Shown here: piece after piece, positions 1 through 18,710 of the stretch
Position numbering within the stretch: position 1 is the first letter of the stretch
How the letters are laid out: each line of letters starts with the position of its first letter
DNA from: Eledone cirrhosa
Taxonomy: Eukaryota
Assembly (NCBI GenBank): GCA_964016885.1
Contig: OZ024740.1
Span: 334,490,001 to 334,554,000, forward strand
Direction: 5' to 3'
DNA length: 64,000 bases
Position numbers and translations under genes: made by a program
Notes under the pieces: generated by a model
Told to the model about the DNA's origin: nothing
Seen by the model: the letters and a program-made list of their open reading frames with translations, nothing else
Database searches by the model: none

Positions 1-94
1 TATGTATGTATGTATGTATGTATGTACGCACGTATCTGTTTGCATGTGTATGCATGTGTATGTGTGTACATATGTATTTTCATCTATCTTTCTT

Positions 95-165
<71 letters not shown>

Positions 166-185
166 ATATATTTATATATATATAT

Positions 186-300
186 ATATTAGAAAGTGAG
201 GTTTTTTTACAAAATGAAAAAAACCGAGGCGTCCTACACGAGTGAAAGTATAAAGAAAAAAAGATGAAATCGAAAATGCAACTGGAGTCTTATTTAAAAA
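186..300. repeat. Dispersed ~115 bp repeat flanked by (TA)n; second copy at 26157-26275
   Basis: TTAGAAAGTGAGG...GTCCTACACGAGTGAAAGTATAAAG...GCAACTGGAGTCTTATTT recurs at 26157-26275, where it is followed by a short inverted copy (26276-26313). Confidence 0.75.
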
Positions 301-313
301 AAAACAAAAAAAC

Positions 314-371
<58 letters not shown>

Positions 372-1639
372 TTACATATATATGAAACTGTATGTGAATT
401 TGTGTATGTGTCTGTGTGTATGTGTGAATATGTGTGTTTGGTGCTCAGTGTGTGGGTGCAAATCTCTTGTTGAACTTGTCACAACTATTCTCTGAAAGCA
501 TCACATTATTTTCTTGAATGAACCATAACTTAATCATAAAACGGAAAGTAATTATTGCCAAACTTCAACGATATCGAGCAGAACAACTCTAATGAACTAG
601 ATTTTCAACACTGGTTAGTCCAGATCGCAATGAAAGAAAGTGGTAATCTCATTTGAATTTTCTTTCATAGTGAAATTAAATATTCTTTCTGGCGGTCCTT
701 CGAATTATTTCGGTGCTTATAAGATTTAAACACCTTTAGAATTCCTGTTATCTTTAATGGAATTCTGTATGACCAATTTGTTGCTTAGTGTCTGTGATAA
801 CCCGGCCACCTGATATTTTTATATTGAATCTTCTTATGTGTAGAATATATTTAATATTCCATGGCATATAACAGTGTATTGTGTTTTTTTATGATAATTC
901 ATCTCATAACTTCGTTAATTATCAGTAAACCTCTCTATATGAATGACGTTTCCAAATTTAAATTTCTAAATTAATTATTATATAATAATCTTATAATTAT
1001 TGCGTGTTTTGATACGATATCCATCCGCATTTTGCTCCTTACATCGAAAGAAGTACTGTACAAGTTTAACTTTTGGCCAGAGTAACTACCCATATTTTAT
1101 TCCGATTAGAATTACCATACCCAATGTGACCTTTTTCATATGCTGTCATTTTTGAGTCATTTCAGTCATAATATTAGCAGGCAGATTGACCGTATAGAAA
1201 TTTCCTTCCTGATATACGTTTGAATTACATTTTAAATTAATTTTATTCTATGTAACATAATTTCAGTACATCTATTGCCATGTTATGTATGTTCCATATA
1301 CGGTTATGCCCATACAATCAAGTTACATTTTTCCTCGTTCTGTTTAAATTGTTCTCAAGTCAACTTTTTTTATTGAAATCGCAAAATGACATTTAGTTTC
1401 TTATCGTGTCATCTATTTTACCCGACCTGCGCGAACTGCATCTATGACATTCTGAATGATGTCGGTAAAAGTGACATGCCGTGGGAGGTGACAGTCACTT
1501 CTACGACATGTCAGTGGGAGACAGTCGAAAGCAACCACTGTGGATCCACAGCGACATTTGTGTTGCTCGCAGATTCGAAGGTGTAGCTTCAAAGAAACTC
1601 CAATGCGCAGACACTGATACGGGCTATACATACGGAGCG

Positions 1640-2075
1640 AAGGTTATGACAGGTAATCTCCGTAGGGACACCATCTGTGGCCTCATCTAGATACCTCACT
1701 TTGAATGAAACCGTTATGCTATGAGCAACATTGTCTACCCGATATTGAAGAGGAGATTGCCTGCCGAGTCACCCTATGGAAAATCGATATAAGATATGAT
1801 TTTATTGGTGGTGAAGTGCTTGCACAGGTAACTTTACCATAAATAAGCCAGTGATCATACGCAAGGGGCACAGTTATTGGACGCTTAGAGCAAGGCTCAT
1901 GGTTCAGACGGCTGAAGGCATTTCTCTTTTCTATCGGTGTCTTTACATCCTGAATCTAGGTCATCCCCAAGCTTTGCAGTGCCAAAATCTGAAGCCATGG
2001 ACATAACATTACCCACCGCAATAAGCCGCATGCCACCACCCTTCTTCATTAGAACAGTGTCCTAGTTAGGGGAAA
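1640..2075 (-). pseudogene. Highly degraded non-LTR RT fragment, CRE/RLE-type
   Basis: Manual minus-strand translation gives LMKKGGGMRLIAVGN (cf. KKDGGIRPIAVG), RNAFSRL, P*GDSAGNLLF (cf. QGDPLGPLLF) and RYLDEAT (cf. WYLDDGT) in the correct order, with stops and frameshifts. Confidence 0.6.
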
Positions 2076-4874
2076 CTGAATGCGTCCTTTCTGGCGCGGA
2101 AATAACAGAATAATACAGTGACCGGTTAGGTGAAGTAGTCAATCAGGAACTGGCGACGGATACCATATGTAACATTTGATGGGATTCGTTAAAGAGAAAA
2201 TTCATTAAAGAGAAAATTTTGAATTGTATCAGGAAGGTTAAAAACAGAATTAGCAACAGAAAATCGCAGGGTAGTTGAATAATTAGTTAGTCGTTTAGAA
2301 TCGCATTAATGGGGTGTGACAACTAACGTGTTAGTGGTGGGAATAGCCTTTGAACATTTCGATTCAAGATATTAAGGAAGTATTGTCCGGGCTAGGGCAT
2401 GTGCATTCGAAAGATATTCAATGGGCCCGGGTGATAGGAAGCACAGCTCAGCAACATAGCTACAATTCTATTTTTTGATGGACATCAGAGGAGGCGTGAA
2501 ATATGAACCTACATAGATGTGTGCGATGTTCCAGCGTTATACTTCCGAACCTATTGCCAGGAGCGGCGAGCTGAAGTCGTGAGATAACATCTCCTATCTC
2601 AACTGTCTGCCAGGACTTAAAACAAGGATGATAGATGTTTGGCAGCAGGCTGGCAGCTTCTTCAGTCGTGTAAGCCAGGGAATAGGGGCACTGCTAATGA
2701 CTGACCCTAAAAAGAGAGACTTTCATAATGCATGATTGTTTCTGATATTGCTAGTTTCTGTTATAGTTTCGCTCTGATGTAAATCTTTTAATCATTCTTC
2801 ATCATTTCAGTTTCTGTTTTGTTGTATATGTACTGGGTTGTGATTAGGTGTCGAATGTGTCCTGTAAGATGAGTTGCGTATTTTATTGCCAGATGGCAAA
2901 TCTGAAACATGATTTGTTTGAGATGTCAATAATCGTTAATCATTTTTCTCTCAGTTTAGTCGTACCTACATACAGATACAAGCACTTATTATCTGAAGGT
3001 ATACAAGTACATTTTCCAGCGACATGCAGTAAAGTTTATTATTAGTAATCAATGAAAATGAAATATCAAGAATTATTTTTTTTTAATAATATTCTTGATA
3101 TTTTAACATTTTAAAGAAATCTTATTTAATTCTATTCATTTAATAATTATTATCATTGTTATGCGTACATCTCCAGTAGATAACTTTAAAGGTCTTAGTG
3201 GTTTAGAAATGTTAAAATTTTGGAAATATAACGCATATTCAAAGGCATTTTAAATTGATCTTCTGGAATATGATTTTCGCTAAGAGATAATAAATGTCAA
3301 AGTGTTTCGAGTTTGATATTACTATCTCTTTAAACGTTTAACATATCATTAAAAAAAAAATTATCAATATTGATATTATGTACAAGATATTCCCAACGCC
3401 CAGTTTAACAACAGAGTCGCTTTCATTGAAATTTATTGAAGATGTATATGATTTATGCTAATGTCACGAGTTATTGGTAAATTCTTTTAATAGAATTATT
3501 GAGAGTCGAAGCAACTATATCAATAATAATTTTCATTATGAGAAATCTGTATATTTCCCGATAAAATCATTATTTATCAGTTTTGATTTTAAGGCCTTTC
3601 TATTGTTAAAATAAATTCGCATTAACACTTTTTTTTTTGTTTTATCTGTAAAAAAGGATCAACGTATAGATTATTCTGAAAATGGGAAGTAAAGTTTCAG
3701 AAATTTCAATTCTAAATTTTTAATGAATGTCAATATTGTGAATGCTTGACAATGTCACTATTGAACTATCAACCGCTTTAAACGTTTCATTTATAAAATT
3801 CAAAGTAAGTGTATCATAGCTTAATATTTGAATATTATATGAAACTAAATTTAATGTTAGTTATATTCACAGATATGTTTATTTTTTTTTTTATTTGCCC
3901 GTACCCTTCTTAGCGAGAGAGACATTTGTAGATACAACATACTATGTAACTAAATGAAATATGAATTATCAATAACGCTCTCCTGGATTTACCACACACC
4001 TGAGAGGAGTCAAAGTTTATCATATCGAATCCAATATTAAATTGAAATGTCCTATACAGACACTAAATTAATAAAAAATGCAAAACATTAACTGATATAA
4101 TTTGAACTTATAACATAAATGTGACTAAACTCCGGAATCTTTGGCATCTATTGCATCTATAAATGGATACATGGATACATGTGTGGAGCTTATTATATCG
4201 ACTGAATTATTTGTTCAGAATTCCATATGAAATATATATAAATTCACGCTAATCACAAATAAACAAAATATAATACCGTCATCTGCATAGAACAGCTTGA
4301 GAAAGGAAACGTTTTCTCCCGACACACTGAAATATGTTAAAGAATCGATGTGTGCGACTGACTAGATCAATAATTGAATAGCACTATGTGAAAATATCCA
4401 GTAACCTATTCCTGACTTTATTCCAAATGATCGTAAAAAGGGACGTTCATCTTTGAAAATAATTGTGAGATTTGACGTGGATTTAGCTGCTGTTTCTAAC
4501 GTGTTGCCTTATCAGGCAAATAGGCTATCGAATAAATCCAGTTACTTTCTTTCCAAACTCCACGTACATGGAAAAATAAATAGAAACAGTTTTCATGTTC
4601 CGATTTGGCAGTCAGTCCGAAGGAGAAAAAATAAGACAATTTTATATTTCTGCCATACGTATCATTCGAAGTATGACAAAAACAAATTCTTCAAAATTCA
4701 AATTCTAGGTTCCTCGAATTTAACATCAACTTCATAGCGCCTACATTAAACAGGTCCTTTTTATACATGCATATGTATATATCTAATCGTGATCCAATAC
4801 ATTAATATCTATGTACACTCTCAGTAGTACAGCCGCCTTAACTCTGGAATACGACACAAAGGAGACAGAGCTGA

Positions 4875-5607
4875 GCGTGTTGCATGATAAGATATTTAAT
4901 AATATATTACATATGTTTTACTATCGATTAGCTCGAGGAAAGACCTATTACAGATCGAACCTGACTCTGCAATCAAAAGACCGTCAGATATGTATTTCCT
5001 ATGTGATCTCGTCTCCAATTCTATCCGTGAAGATCTCTAGCTATTAGCTATCTACAGCAGATTTCAACAGCGTGGTATTCTACATCCGCTCATTGGTTCA
5101 TTTTCTCATCATCATCACCAGTCTATCCTTGAGGTAACGTCTGTCTCTCATCCAGTCAAGATGTCGTGTGCGTTCATGTATATGTGAGTCGCTATTTTTC
5201 TTGTCTTTCATGTCCACTACCTGCTTGCCAGGGACACCGGCCTCTAAGTGTGACCTACCAACTAAATCTAGCAGTGAAAGGCAGGCCGACGGACTCCACG
5301 CATGAACGCACACGATAGCTTGAGTGGATTAGAGACAAACGTTACCTCGATGATAGGCTGATGATGATGATGATGATGAGATAATGAACCAATGAGCGGA
5401 TGTAGAATACCACGCTGATGAAATGTTCTGTAGATAGCTAATAGCTAGAGATCTTCACGAATAGAATCGGAGACGAGGTCACACAGAAAATACGTATCTG
5501 TCGATCTTTCCATTACAAAGTCAGGTTCCATCTATGGTAGGTCATCCCTCGAGCAAATCGATAGTGAAACATCTGTAATATGTTATCAAATATGTTATAA
5601 TGCAACA
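4875..5607. mobile_element. Fold-back module with diverged inverted arms (~4875-5160 / ~5325-5607), each carrying a decayed HHR
   Basis: Arms are reverse complements, e.g. CAGCGTGGTATTCTACATCCGCTCATTGGTTCA vs TGAACCAATGAGCGGATGTAGAATACCACGCTG; ends at (TA)n. Confidence 0.75.
5492..5583 (+). ncRNA. Degenerate type I hammerhead, long stem II (mirror copy 4902-4993, minus)
   Basis: ACGTAT-CTGTCGA-...-GAAA-CATCTG-TA-ATATGT; the mirror copy reads ACATAT-CTGACGG-...-AAAA-CATATG-TA-ATATAT; the consensus restores CTGACGA/GAAA. Confidence 0.5.
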
Positions 5608-5644
5608 CTGAATACTTGTTGCTTTACTCTTATAGTATATATAC

Positions 5645-5686
<42 letters not shown>

Positions 5687-5688
5687 TG

Positions 5689-5739
5689 AGATTCTACAGG
5701 ACTAGAACTGTTTCATTCATTAGAAATCATCAGGAATCT
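5689..5739 (-). ncRNA. Type I hammerhead ribozyme in PLE-A 3' pseudo-LTR
   Basis: Reverse complement reads AGATTC-CTGATGA-TTTCTAATGAAT-GAAA-CAG ttctagtc CTG-TA-GAATCT; stem I AGATTC/GAATCT, stem III ACAG/CTGT, GUA site. Confidence 0.85.
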
Positions 5740-6229
5740 GGGTATCAAAAAATAAATATGGTATTTATAGGTCTCTACAAGTGGTAGGAGAGGGTGGGGA
5801 GTGGGATGGGTGCAGGTCATTGGTTGATAGAAAAGGGAATTCATTAAAAGCTAATTCTACAAAGCTATAGTTTATTTTTATTTATTTATATTTTTAGAGT
5901 AACAAGGGCAGACAGAATTCTATAAACAGGTTCCGGATGGCATACCATTCCTTGTCATTAAGTTTCTCTTAAGCTAACAGATGTCTATAAAATCAGTGGG
6001 GGGTCAGTCATGGTCGATAGAATTAAAGAAAAGAGAGATTCTTTAAAAGCTAAAATCATTAAGGTTCTACTAAGTGACAAAGGTCTAGAGAATTCTGCAG
6101 ACAGATTCAAAATACTGAGTGCATATCTTACTATTATCTTCGAACTTCTCTTAAACTAATCAACTATATGCCAAAAATCAACAGACACATTCACAAAAAA
6201 AACCACAAAAAAACACATACTCACTCACA

Positions 6230-9050
<2,821 letters not shown>

Positions 9051-9216
9051 CTCAATAAATATACGCATATACGCAGGCACATAAAGACACCTCTACAGGC
9101 AGAAAATGTAGATACGAAAGAGGTACTCACATAACCATAGTGGCCGTATTTCAGGTTGAGGAGGGGTGGGGGTAGGGTGGGGAGGAGGTATAGGGGCCAA
9201 TAGGGGGAGGTCGTTA

Positions 9217-11358
9217 TTAGCCATCAGGCTTTAACACTGGCTTAAAGTGTTTGAAAGTTGCAAAGTTCTTGTGCATGCAGTTCAGGCAGTGTTCAGAGAG
9301 TTTGTTCAGTAGCGGGCCCTTGGCGAATAAAATTTCGTAGCTCTCTGAAATACAAAGGTCGCAGCCCTTGTGTCCTCCGTTGTAAGAGCGCGCTTTTTGG
9401 AGTATTTTCCAATTAAGCGTGAAGGGGGTGGAGTTCCTTTTGAGGTCCCAAACGTAGGAGGCGAGTGTTGTCTGATTTGATTTATCCGGTCTTCTGAAGG
9501 AGTGGGTATGGGCATACCAACGGGTCATAAAGTTGTTGGAGGTCATGCCGATGTAAGTTTTTTTGCAATCCTCGGTGCCTGAGATGACATCGCATTTGTA
9601 TACGATGTCATTTGTGAGGCATTTGTTTTCAAGTGGGCATGCTTCCTTATTTAGGCAATTACATAGAGCCCCAGTCCGGGGATTGGTTTCGGAGGTGGTT
9701 GGCTTATTTAGTTTAGAATTGTGGTTGGCTATATTCCTAGCTAGGTTAGGTGTGGTGGAGTAAGACAGTCTTATAGTGTTCTTATTAAAGATGGTGTAGT
9801 ACCTATGTTGTATGGGGAAGTGTAATTTCAGTAAAGTGAAGAAAATCCTAGCTATCGGAGTAGATACCTCTCTATTGAAGGGAGGGTTGTACCAGCTAAT
9901 CTGCCTATGTCTATTCCTCCTCTGCAATCTTGCGGTGGTTTCTAGGTAAGTTATCTTATCTTTAAATCCGCTACGGGCTAGGGCGTCATTGTAGTAGGAG
10001 GCAGATGCATTAAAAATATCTTTGTTGGCGGAGAGGCCAGATATTCTAATAGAGACGCTTTTTACTAGGTTATCAGTGATGTTTTGGGGGTGGTTTGAAT
10101 TAACATTAATATATTTAAGGGACTCGTTAGGTTTGTGGTACGGGTAATAGAGGGAAGTATCTAGGTCGAGAGTGACATCTAAGAAGTTGGCCCTAGTCAA
10201 ATTAGAATCTATAGTTATACTAAATCCTAGATTAGAGAAGAAAGAGCTTAAGTTTTTCCGAAACCCATCGGTGGTTCTGGGGCTAACCTTATGCAGGGCG
10301 AAGAGGCCGTCGTCTCGGTATAAACCTCCCGTTAGGCCGGTAAAGAGGTTCTTCAGGTTATGTAGGATGTACAGGCCCACAAGGTCGCTAATTTCAGCCG
10401 AGTCACTCGCCCCCATGCTAACGTCAAATGGGGTCTGAGATTTCTTGTTGATCCAGTAAGATCCATCGTGGTATAGAAAGGTCTTACGAGCGTGGAGGAT
10501 AATAACTTGCTCAGCATCGGTAATGGTGGTAAAATTCCTGGCAAAGTTAATTGCGTCCTTCAGGAGGGGCTCCGAGATAGGGGCATAGTAGTTTTCTATG
10601 TCGAGTTGCAGGAAGCGAGTGTGGTGTTTATCGGGTAATTCTTGGAACCATGATATTGCTTCAGATGTTCTACTCCAGAGTGGAAGTGGTGAGGCTGCCC
10701 GCAATGATGGTAGAACTCTATCCAGGATCTTCTTACTGATAGAGCCGATGTCAGAACGAGTGGGGTTGATAAGTCTGACTGATGGTTTGTTGAGGAAATT
10801 TCCCTTATGGTCCTTCAGGGTAAAGTGCGGGGTCTTTACCCTTAAAGGTTCGGTTCGGTCATGTAATTTAAGGGACTTGGCGATTTCTTTTCCGGCCGCG
10901 TTTGTCTCAGTCAGTGCCCTCTCTATTACCTTTTTGTAGGTGGTCGTGATGGTATTTTTTGCCAGCTTATTGTAGGTCTGTGGGTCTACCTCATAAACGT
11001 TTTTGGTTTTATCGGAGGAGACATAAAGATTAGGGGATTTTTTTATATTCCGTAATTCGGCATTTAAGTAGGCCTGGAATGGTGTGGTGGCTCTACGGAA
11101 TTTAATATCCTTGATCGTCTTGAAGAGGTCTTCTTCAAATGGTTGGAGTAGGCTGTTGGTGGGTGGTGTCTTATTCGTTTTCAAGCCGAACTTCTCATCA
11201 TTGGTAGATGCTACATCAGGGTTGTCGAGGAAGAAGGCCCTCCATCTAATTCGCTTGATGAACTCGTCGGTACGTCTGATGAGTGTTTTTAAGTATAGTT
11301 TCCTTGGAGGGATAGGGATGTTCTTCAAGGAAATATCAAGGTCGAGTTTGGTCAGCAT
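9217..11358 (-). CDS. Penelope-like RT + C-terminal GIY-YIG endonuclease (713 aa from first ATG; open frame extends to 11454)
   Basis: RT motifs [36 protein letters not shown]; [10 protein letters not shown] linker; endonuclease IVYKC...TYIGMT...TRWYAH...CDLCISE...LLNK...CMH; uninterrupted frame. Confidence 0.93.
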   Translation of the reverse strand: MLTKLDLDISLKNIPIPPRKLYLKTLIRRTDEFIKRIRWRAFFLDNPDVASTNDEKFGLKTNKTPPTNSLLQPFEEDLFKTIKDIKFRRATTPFQAYLNAELRNIKKSPNLYVSSDKTKNVYEVDPQTYNKLAKNTITTTYKKVIERALTETNAAGKEIAKSLKLHDRTEPLRVKTPHFTLKDHKGNFLNKPSVRLINPTRSDIGSISKKILDRVLPSLRAASPLPLWSRTSEAISWFQELPDKHHTRFLQLDIENYYAPISEPLLKDAINFARNFTTITDAEQVIILHARKTFLYHDGSYWINKKSQTPFDVSMGASDSAEISDLVGLYILHNLKNLFTGLTGGLYRDDGLFALHKVSPRTTDGFRKNLSSFFSNLGFSITIDSNLTRANFLDVTLDLDTSLYYPYHKPNESLKYINVNSNHPQNITDNLVKSVSIRISGLSANKDIFNASASYYNDALARSGFKDKITYLETTARLQRRNRHRQISWYNPPFNREVSTPIARIFFTLLKLHFPIQHRYYTIFNKNTIRLSYSTTPNLARNIANHNSKLNKPTTSETNPRTGALCNCLNKEACPLENKCLTNDIVYKCDVISGTEDCKKTYIGMTSNNFMTRWYAHTHSFRRPDKSNQTTLASYVWDLKRNSTPFTLNWKILQKARSYNGGHKGCDLCISESYEILFAKGPLLNKLSEHCLNCMHKNFATFKHFKPVLKPDG

Positions 11359-11488
11359 GGTTTCTTGATGATGGTTATAAGGGGCACAGAGAGTGCTAAA
11401 ATGTACGTTATTCCGGGTTGAATCGGAGGTAACCACAGTAAGTAAGGTACTCAATACATAGCAGAGTATAAAAGTTTTAATATAGATG

Positions 11489-11539
11489 AGATTCTACAGG
11501 ACTAGAACTGTTTCATTCATTAGAAATCATCAGGAATCT
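11489..11539 (-). ncRNA. Hammerhead ribozyme in PLE-A 5' pseudo-LTR
   Basis: Same sequence as 5689-5739; lies ~130 nt upstream of the ATG. Confidence 0.85.
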
Positions 11540-12130
11540 GGGTATCAAAAAATAAATATGGTATTTATAGGTCTCTACAAGTGGTAGGAGAGGGTGGGGA
11601 GTGGGATGGGTGCAGGTCATTGGTTGATAGAAAAGGGAATTCATTAAAAGCTAATTCTACAAAGCTATAGTTTATTTTTATTTATTTATATTTTTAGAGT
11701 AACAAGGGCAGACAGAATTCTATAAACAGGTTCCGGATGGCATACCATTCCTTGTCATTAAGTTTCTCTTAAGCTAACAGATGTCTATAAAATCAGTGGG
11801 GGGTCAGTCATGGTCGATAGAATTAAAGAAAAGGGAGATTCTTTAAAAGCTAAAATCATTAAGGTTCTACTAAGTGACAAAGGTCTAGAGAATTCTGCAG
11901 ACAGATTCAAAATACTGAGTGCATATCTTACTATTATCTTCGAACTTCTCTTAAACTAATCAACTATATGCCAAAAATCAACAGACACATTCACAAAAAA
12001 AAACACAAAAAAACACATACTCACTCACACACTTACGCGCAACCATAAACACACACACAAACACATATACACACATAAAAACACACACACATATATAAAA
12101 ATATATTCATGTACACACACATACATACAC

Positions 12131-13108
<978 letters not shown>

Positions 13109-13334
13109 TAACGACCTCCCCCTATTGGCCCCTATACCTCCTCCCCACCCTACCCCCACCCCTCCTCAACCTGAAATACGGCCACTATGGTTATATGTGT
13201 ACCTCTTTCGTATCTACATTTTCTGCCTGTAGAGGTGTCTTTATGTGCCTGCGTATATGCGTATATTTATTGAGTACCTATTTATTTGTATGTGTATATA
13301 TTTGTTTGTATGTGTGTATATGTATGTGTGTGTG

Positions 13335-13369
<35 letters not shown>

Positions 13370-13553
13370 GTTTGTGTGTATATGTGTTTTATGTGTGTAT
13401 ATTTATGTATGTATATGTATGTATATATGTGTATATATATGTATATATATATATATATGTGTATATATGTGTATGTATGTATGTATGTATGTATGTGTAT
13501 GTATGTATGTATGTTTATGTATGTATGTGTGTATGTATATGTATGTGTATGTG

Positions 13554-13612
<59 letters not shown>

Positions 13613-13617
13613 GTATG

Positions 13618-13682
<65 letters not shown>

Positions 13683-13698
13683 GTATGTATGTGTGTGC

Positions 13699-13758
<60 letters not shown>

Positions 13759-13801
13759 ATATATATATATATATAGTTGTGTGGGCAGGTGTGTATATAT
13801 G

Positions 13802-13833
<32 letters not shown>

Positions 13834-13841
13834 TGTATTTG

Positions 13842-13904
<63 letters not shown>

Positions 13905-13941
13905 GTATATATATATATATGTGTGTGTGTGTATGTGTGTA

Positions 13942-13972
<31 letters not shown>

Positions 13973-14019
13973 GTGTATGTCTGTGTATATGTATGTGTGT
14001 ATATATGTGTATGTGTGTG

Positions 14020-14119
<100 letters not shown>

Positions 14120-14185
14120 CGTGAGAGAGAGAGTGTGTATATATACTTGTGTGTGTGTGTGTGTATGTGTGTATGCGCGGGTGTG

Positions 14186-14278
<93 letters not shown>

Positions 14279-14371
14279 GTGTGTGTATATATGCGTTATA
14301 TGTCTGTGTATATATATATGTGTATATTTATGTATAGGTCTGTGTATGTATGTGTATGTTTGTATATGTAT

Positions 14372-14439
<68 letters not shown>

Positions 14440-14466
14440 ATAGATATTTATACATATGCATGTGTA

Positions 14467-14498
<32 letters not shown>

Positions 14499-14530
14499 TG
14501 TGTGCGTGTATATATATGTGTGTGTATTTG

Positions 14531-14569
<39 letters not shown>

Positions 14570-14778
14570 ATGTATGTATGTGTATATATGTGTGTGTGTA
14601 TGTGTGTGTATATGTGTATATATAATATGTATATGTGTGTGTAAATATGTGTATGAATATGTGTATATATGTATATATATGTGTATATATGTATATATGT
14701 ATGTACATACGTGTATATATGTGTGTATATATATGTTTATATGTATGTATGTGTATAGGTATGTTTGTATGTGTGTTT

Positions 14779-14831
<53 letters not shown>

Positions 14832-14851
14832 TGTATATATATGTATATATG

Positions 14852-14882
<31 letters not shown>

Positions 14883-15043
14883 GTGTGTGTGTATGTATGT
14901 ATATGTGTGTATATTTTTATATATATGTATATATTTGTGTGTATGTATATATATATGTATACATATATATATGTGTATGTGTGTGTATGTATGTGTGTAT
15001 ATATATATATATGTATATGTGTGGGTGTGTGTATATATGTGTG

Positions 15044-15112
<69 letters not shown>

Positions 15113-15213
15113 ATATGTGTATATATATGTGTATATTTGTATATATATATATATATATGTATGTATGGTGCTTTTTCCTTTTATATATGTGTATATGTGT
15201 GTATGCGTGTGTA

Positions 15214-15302
<89 letters not shown>

Positions 15303-15548
15303 ATGTATGTGTGTGTGTGTGTTTGTATGTGTATATATTTGTTTGTGTGTGTATATATATATATATATATATGTGTGTATGTGTATGTATGTATATATGT
15401 ATGTGGTTATATATATGAATATGTATATATATATATATATATGTATATGTGTATATATATGTGTGTGTATGTGTGTGTATATGTATATATATGTGATTGT
15501 ATGGGTTTTTTATATATATATATATATATATGTGTGTGTGCATGTATG

Positions 15549-15589
<41 letters not shown>

Positions 15590-15651
15590 GTATATATATA
15601 TATATATATACGTATGTGTGTGTATATATGTATGTGTATGTATGTATGTGT

Positions 15652-15725
<74 letters not shown>

Positions 15726-15849
15726 ATATGTGTCTCTGTATGTGTATGTATATATGTCTATATGTATACACATGTATATTTGTGTTTGTATGTATGCGTG
15801 TGAGTGTATTTATTTGTGTATATATGTGTGTGTATATATGTGTATATAC

Positions 15850-15909
<60 letters not shown>

Positions 15910-16500
15910 GTGTATGTATGTGTGTGTACATGAATATATTTTTATATATGTGTGTGTGTTTTTATGTGTGTATATGTGTTTGTATGTGTGTTTATGGTTG
16001 CGCGTAAGTGTGTGAGTGAGTATGTGTTTTTTTGTGTTTTTTTTTGTGAATGTGTCTGTTGATTTTTGGCATATAGTTGATTAGTTTAAGAGAAGTTCGA
16101 AGATAATAGTAAGATATGCACTCAGTATTTTGAATCTGTCTGCAGAATTCTCTAGACCTTTGTCACTTAGTAGAACCTTAATGATTTTAGCTTTTAAAGA
16201 ATCTCCCTTTTCTTTAATTCTATCGACCATGACTAACCCCCCACTGATTTTATAGACATCTGTTAGCTTAAGAGAAACTTAATGACAAGGAATGGTATGC
16301 CATCCGGAACCTGTTTATAGAATTCTGTCTGCCCTTGTTACTCTAAAAATATAAATAAATAAAAATAAACTATAGCTTTGTAGAATTAGCTTTTAATGAA
16401 TTCCCTTTTCTATCAACCAATGACCTGCACCCATCCCACTCCCCACCCTCTCCTACCACTTGTAGAGACCTATAAATACCATATTTATTTTTTGATACTC

Positions 16501-16551
16501 AGATTCCTGATGATTTCTAATGAATGAAACAGTTCTAGTCCTGTAGAATCT
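16501..16551 (+). ncRNA. Hammerhead ribozyme in the inverted PLE-A pseudo-LTR
   Basis: AGATTC CTGATGA TTTCTAATGAAT GAAA CAGTTCTAGTCCTG TA GAATCT. Confidence 0.85.
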
Positions 16552-16633
16552 CATCTATATTAAAACTTTTATACTCTGCTATGTATTGAGTACCTTACTT
16601 ACTGTGGTTACCTCCGATTCAACCCGGAATAAC

Positions 16634-16689
<56 letters not shown>

Positions 16690-16814
16690 AGGGTAAATAT
16701 TGATGCAATTCAATTCAAGCACTCAACGTACTTTTTCCACATAGGAGTGACGGAGTAAATATCGAATAAGGAAAAGCAAAGTAGTTTCAGATGTTCAAGT
16801 CCTTTAATAATAAT

Positions 16815-16888
16815 GCTGTGATATATATTTCAGTGACGACACTGGCCACACTGTTCTGTGTGCGAGTGTTGTGTCATCATCAGACAGC
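16815..16888 (-). ncRNA. Type I hammerhead with extended stem II; truncated mirror copy 17132-17200 (plus)
   Basis: Reverse complement GCTGT-CTGATGA-TGACAC...GTGTCGTCACT-GAAA-TATATA-TC-ACAGC; stem I GCTGT/ACAGC, palindromic stem III, AUC site; within inverted arms 16821-16963 / 17058-17200. Confidence 0.8.
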
Positions 16889-17415
16889 TTGTTACATAAT
16901 AAGGTTATGTTTCCGAGGCAATCCAAATTGGATCGACAATGGAACAGGATAAATTGCGTGTTCTGCGGTGGCGAATGGTCAACTTGCTTCGGACATGCGC
17001 TTGCGCAGGCCGGTGGGGGTGAATTGGTACTCACAAGGGAGCGGATGAAAAACCCAAGAACACGCAATTCATCCGTTCCCTTGTCGATCCAATTTGGATT
17101 GCCTCGGAAACATAACCTTATTATGTAACAAGCTGTCTGATGATGACACGACACTCGCACACAGAACAGTGTGGCCAGTGTCGTCACTGAAATATATATA
17201 TATATGTATGACCCCGACGGCAGAGCTCAAGCTGTTACGATGGCTATTTCTAGAGTCCTGTATATATGTATGTGTGTGTGTATATATATATATATATGTG
17301 TGTGTATATATATATAGTATATATATATGGTATGTGTGTGTATGTATGCGTATAATATATATATATGTGTGTGTATGTATGTGTGTATATGTATGTCTAT
17401 GTGTGCGTATATATA

Positions 17416-17478
<63 letters not shown>

Positions 17479-17493
17479 GTGGGTATGTGTATG

Positions 17494-17558
<65 letters not shown>

Positions 17559-17989
17559 GTTGATATGTGTTTGTATGTAGTATATATGGACTGTATATAT
17601 ATTTACATTCAGGGAATGAATATGTGAGCCAGCATGCACCCCCCCCCCCCCCCACACACACACACAAACAAACACTTCTTCTCCCAAACCAATATCAAAA
17701 ACACATCTTTGACAAATGTTCGCAAACTAAACTTCTTTTCTCTTTTTCCTGTCATCCCATTCTTATCAAAAGACATGTATCTTACACCTCTTTAAAACTC
17801 AGACAAACATCTAAATTCATCTTTGATATACAAATTTGTAGAAGATATTCCTTGTGGATTTGGAAGAGTTGATTCAGCTATGCCATTATATACTCATCAA
17901 AGGTCAGCTAATGAAATAAAACCAGCAGTAGAGTATGTTTACAACCCCCTTCTCAAACCCCCTTATCTTAGAACCTCACCATTTTATGA

Positions 17990-18037
<48 letters not shown>

Positions 18038-18675
18038 ATGTATGCTTTAATTTCTCCGGACCTTCATCATCATCAACACTCATTAACACCACACCCACAC
18101 CTCAGACACATCCAAATCTCTCTTATATATAGTCACACATTTCAACACAACCTGATCTCAGTTTGACAATCGCCACAGACAGACGAATGCGAGAAAGTTC
18201 TCCAACCCAAGTTAATCTGGAATCTCTAAAATTCTTCCCACCGAAATTAACAAAGAACTTACTGGATCTACCAACTCATAATATTATAATATGAAATTAA
18301 ATCAAAAATTGTTTAACACTACAAATGAAGTCATTCTTTTCCTTTTTTTAAAATATATATATAGCTTTGTGTTATTGTTGGTTCACCACTGTGAGCACTC
18401 GTTGCGTAGGTGCGTCCGTTTAACTGTAGTACTTGGTGTTGCTCATTTGGAGTTAAACTAAGGTCGGTTTCCCTATTGAGCAGGGAGTAATTTTAAAAAT
18501 AAGTAGCAACACGGTCTCAGAGTATCCTCGTTACGTTTAGACAGTTGTTTCACTATTCATTAGCTGAAGGTTCCATACTTATTGAGTAGGCCCGACGCTG
18601 TAATTAAAGGCAGATCAGATGCCATCATTAATAATGGGAGATATTTTTTAAAAAATGTTATTGTATATATAAATG

Positions 18676-18710
<35 letters not shown>

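Noticed and set aside
500-4800. Host exons in the unique AT-rich stretch (also 20450-21900)
   Set aside because: No convincing ORF, protein motif or splice-bounded coding segment seen by eye; small exons cannot be excluded
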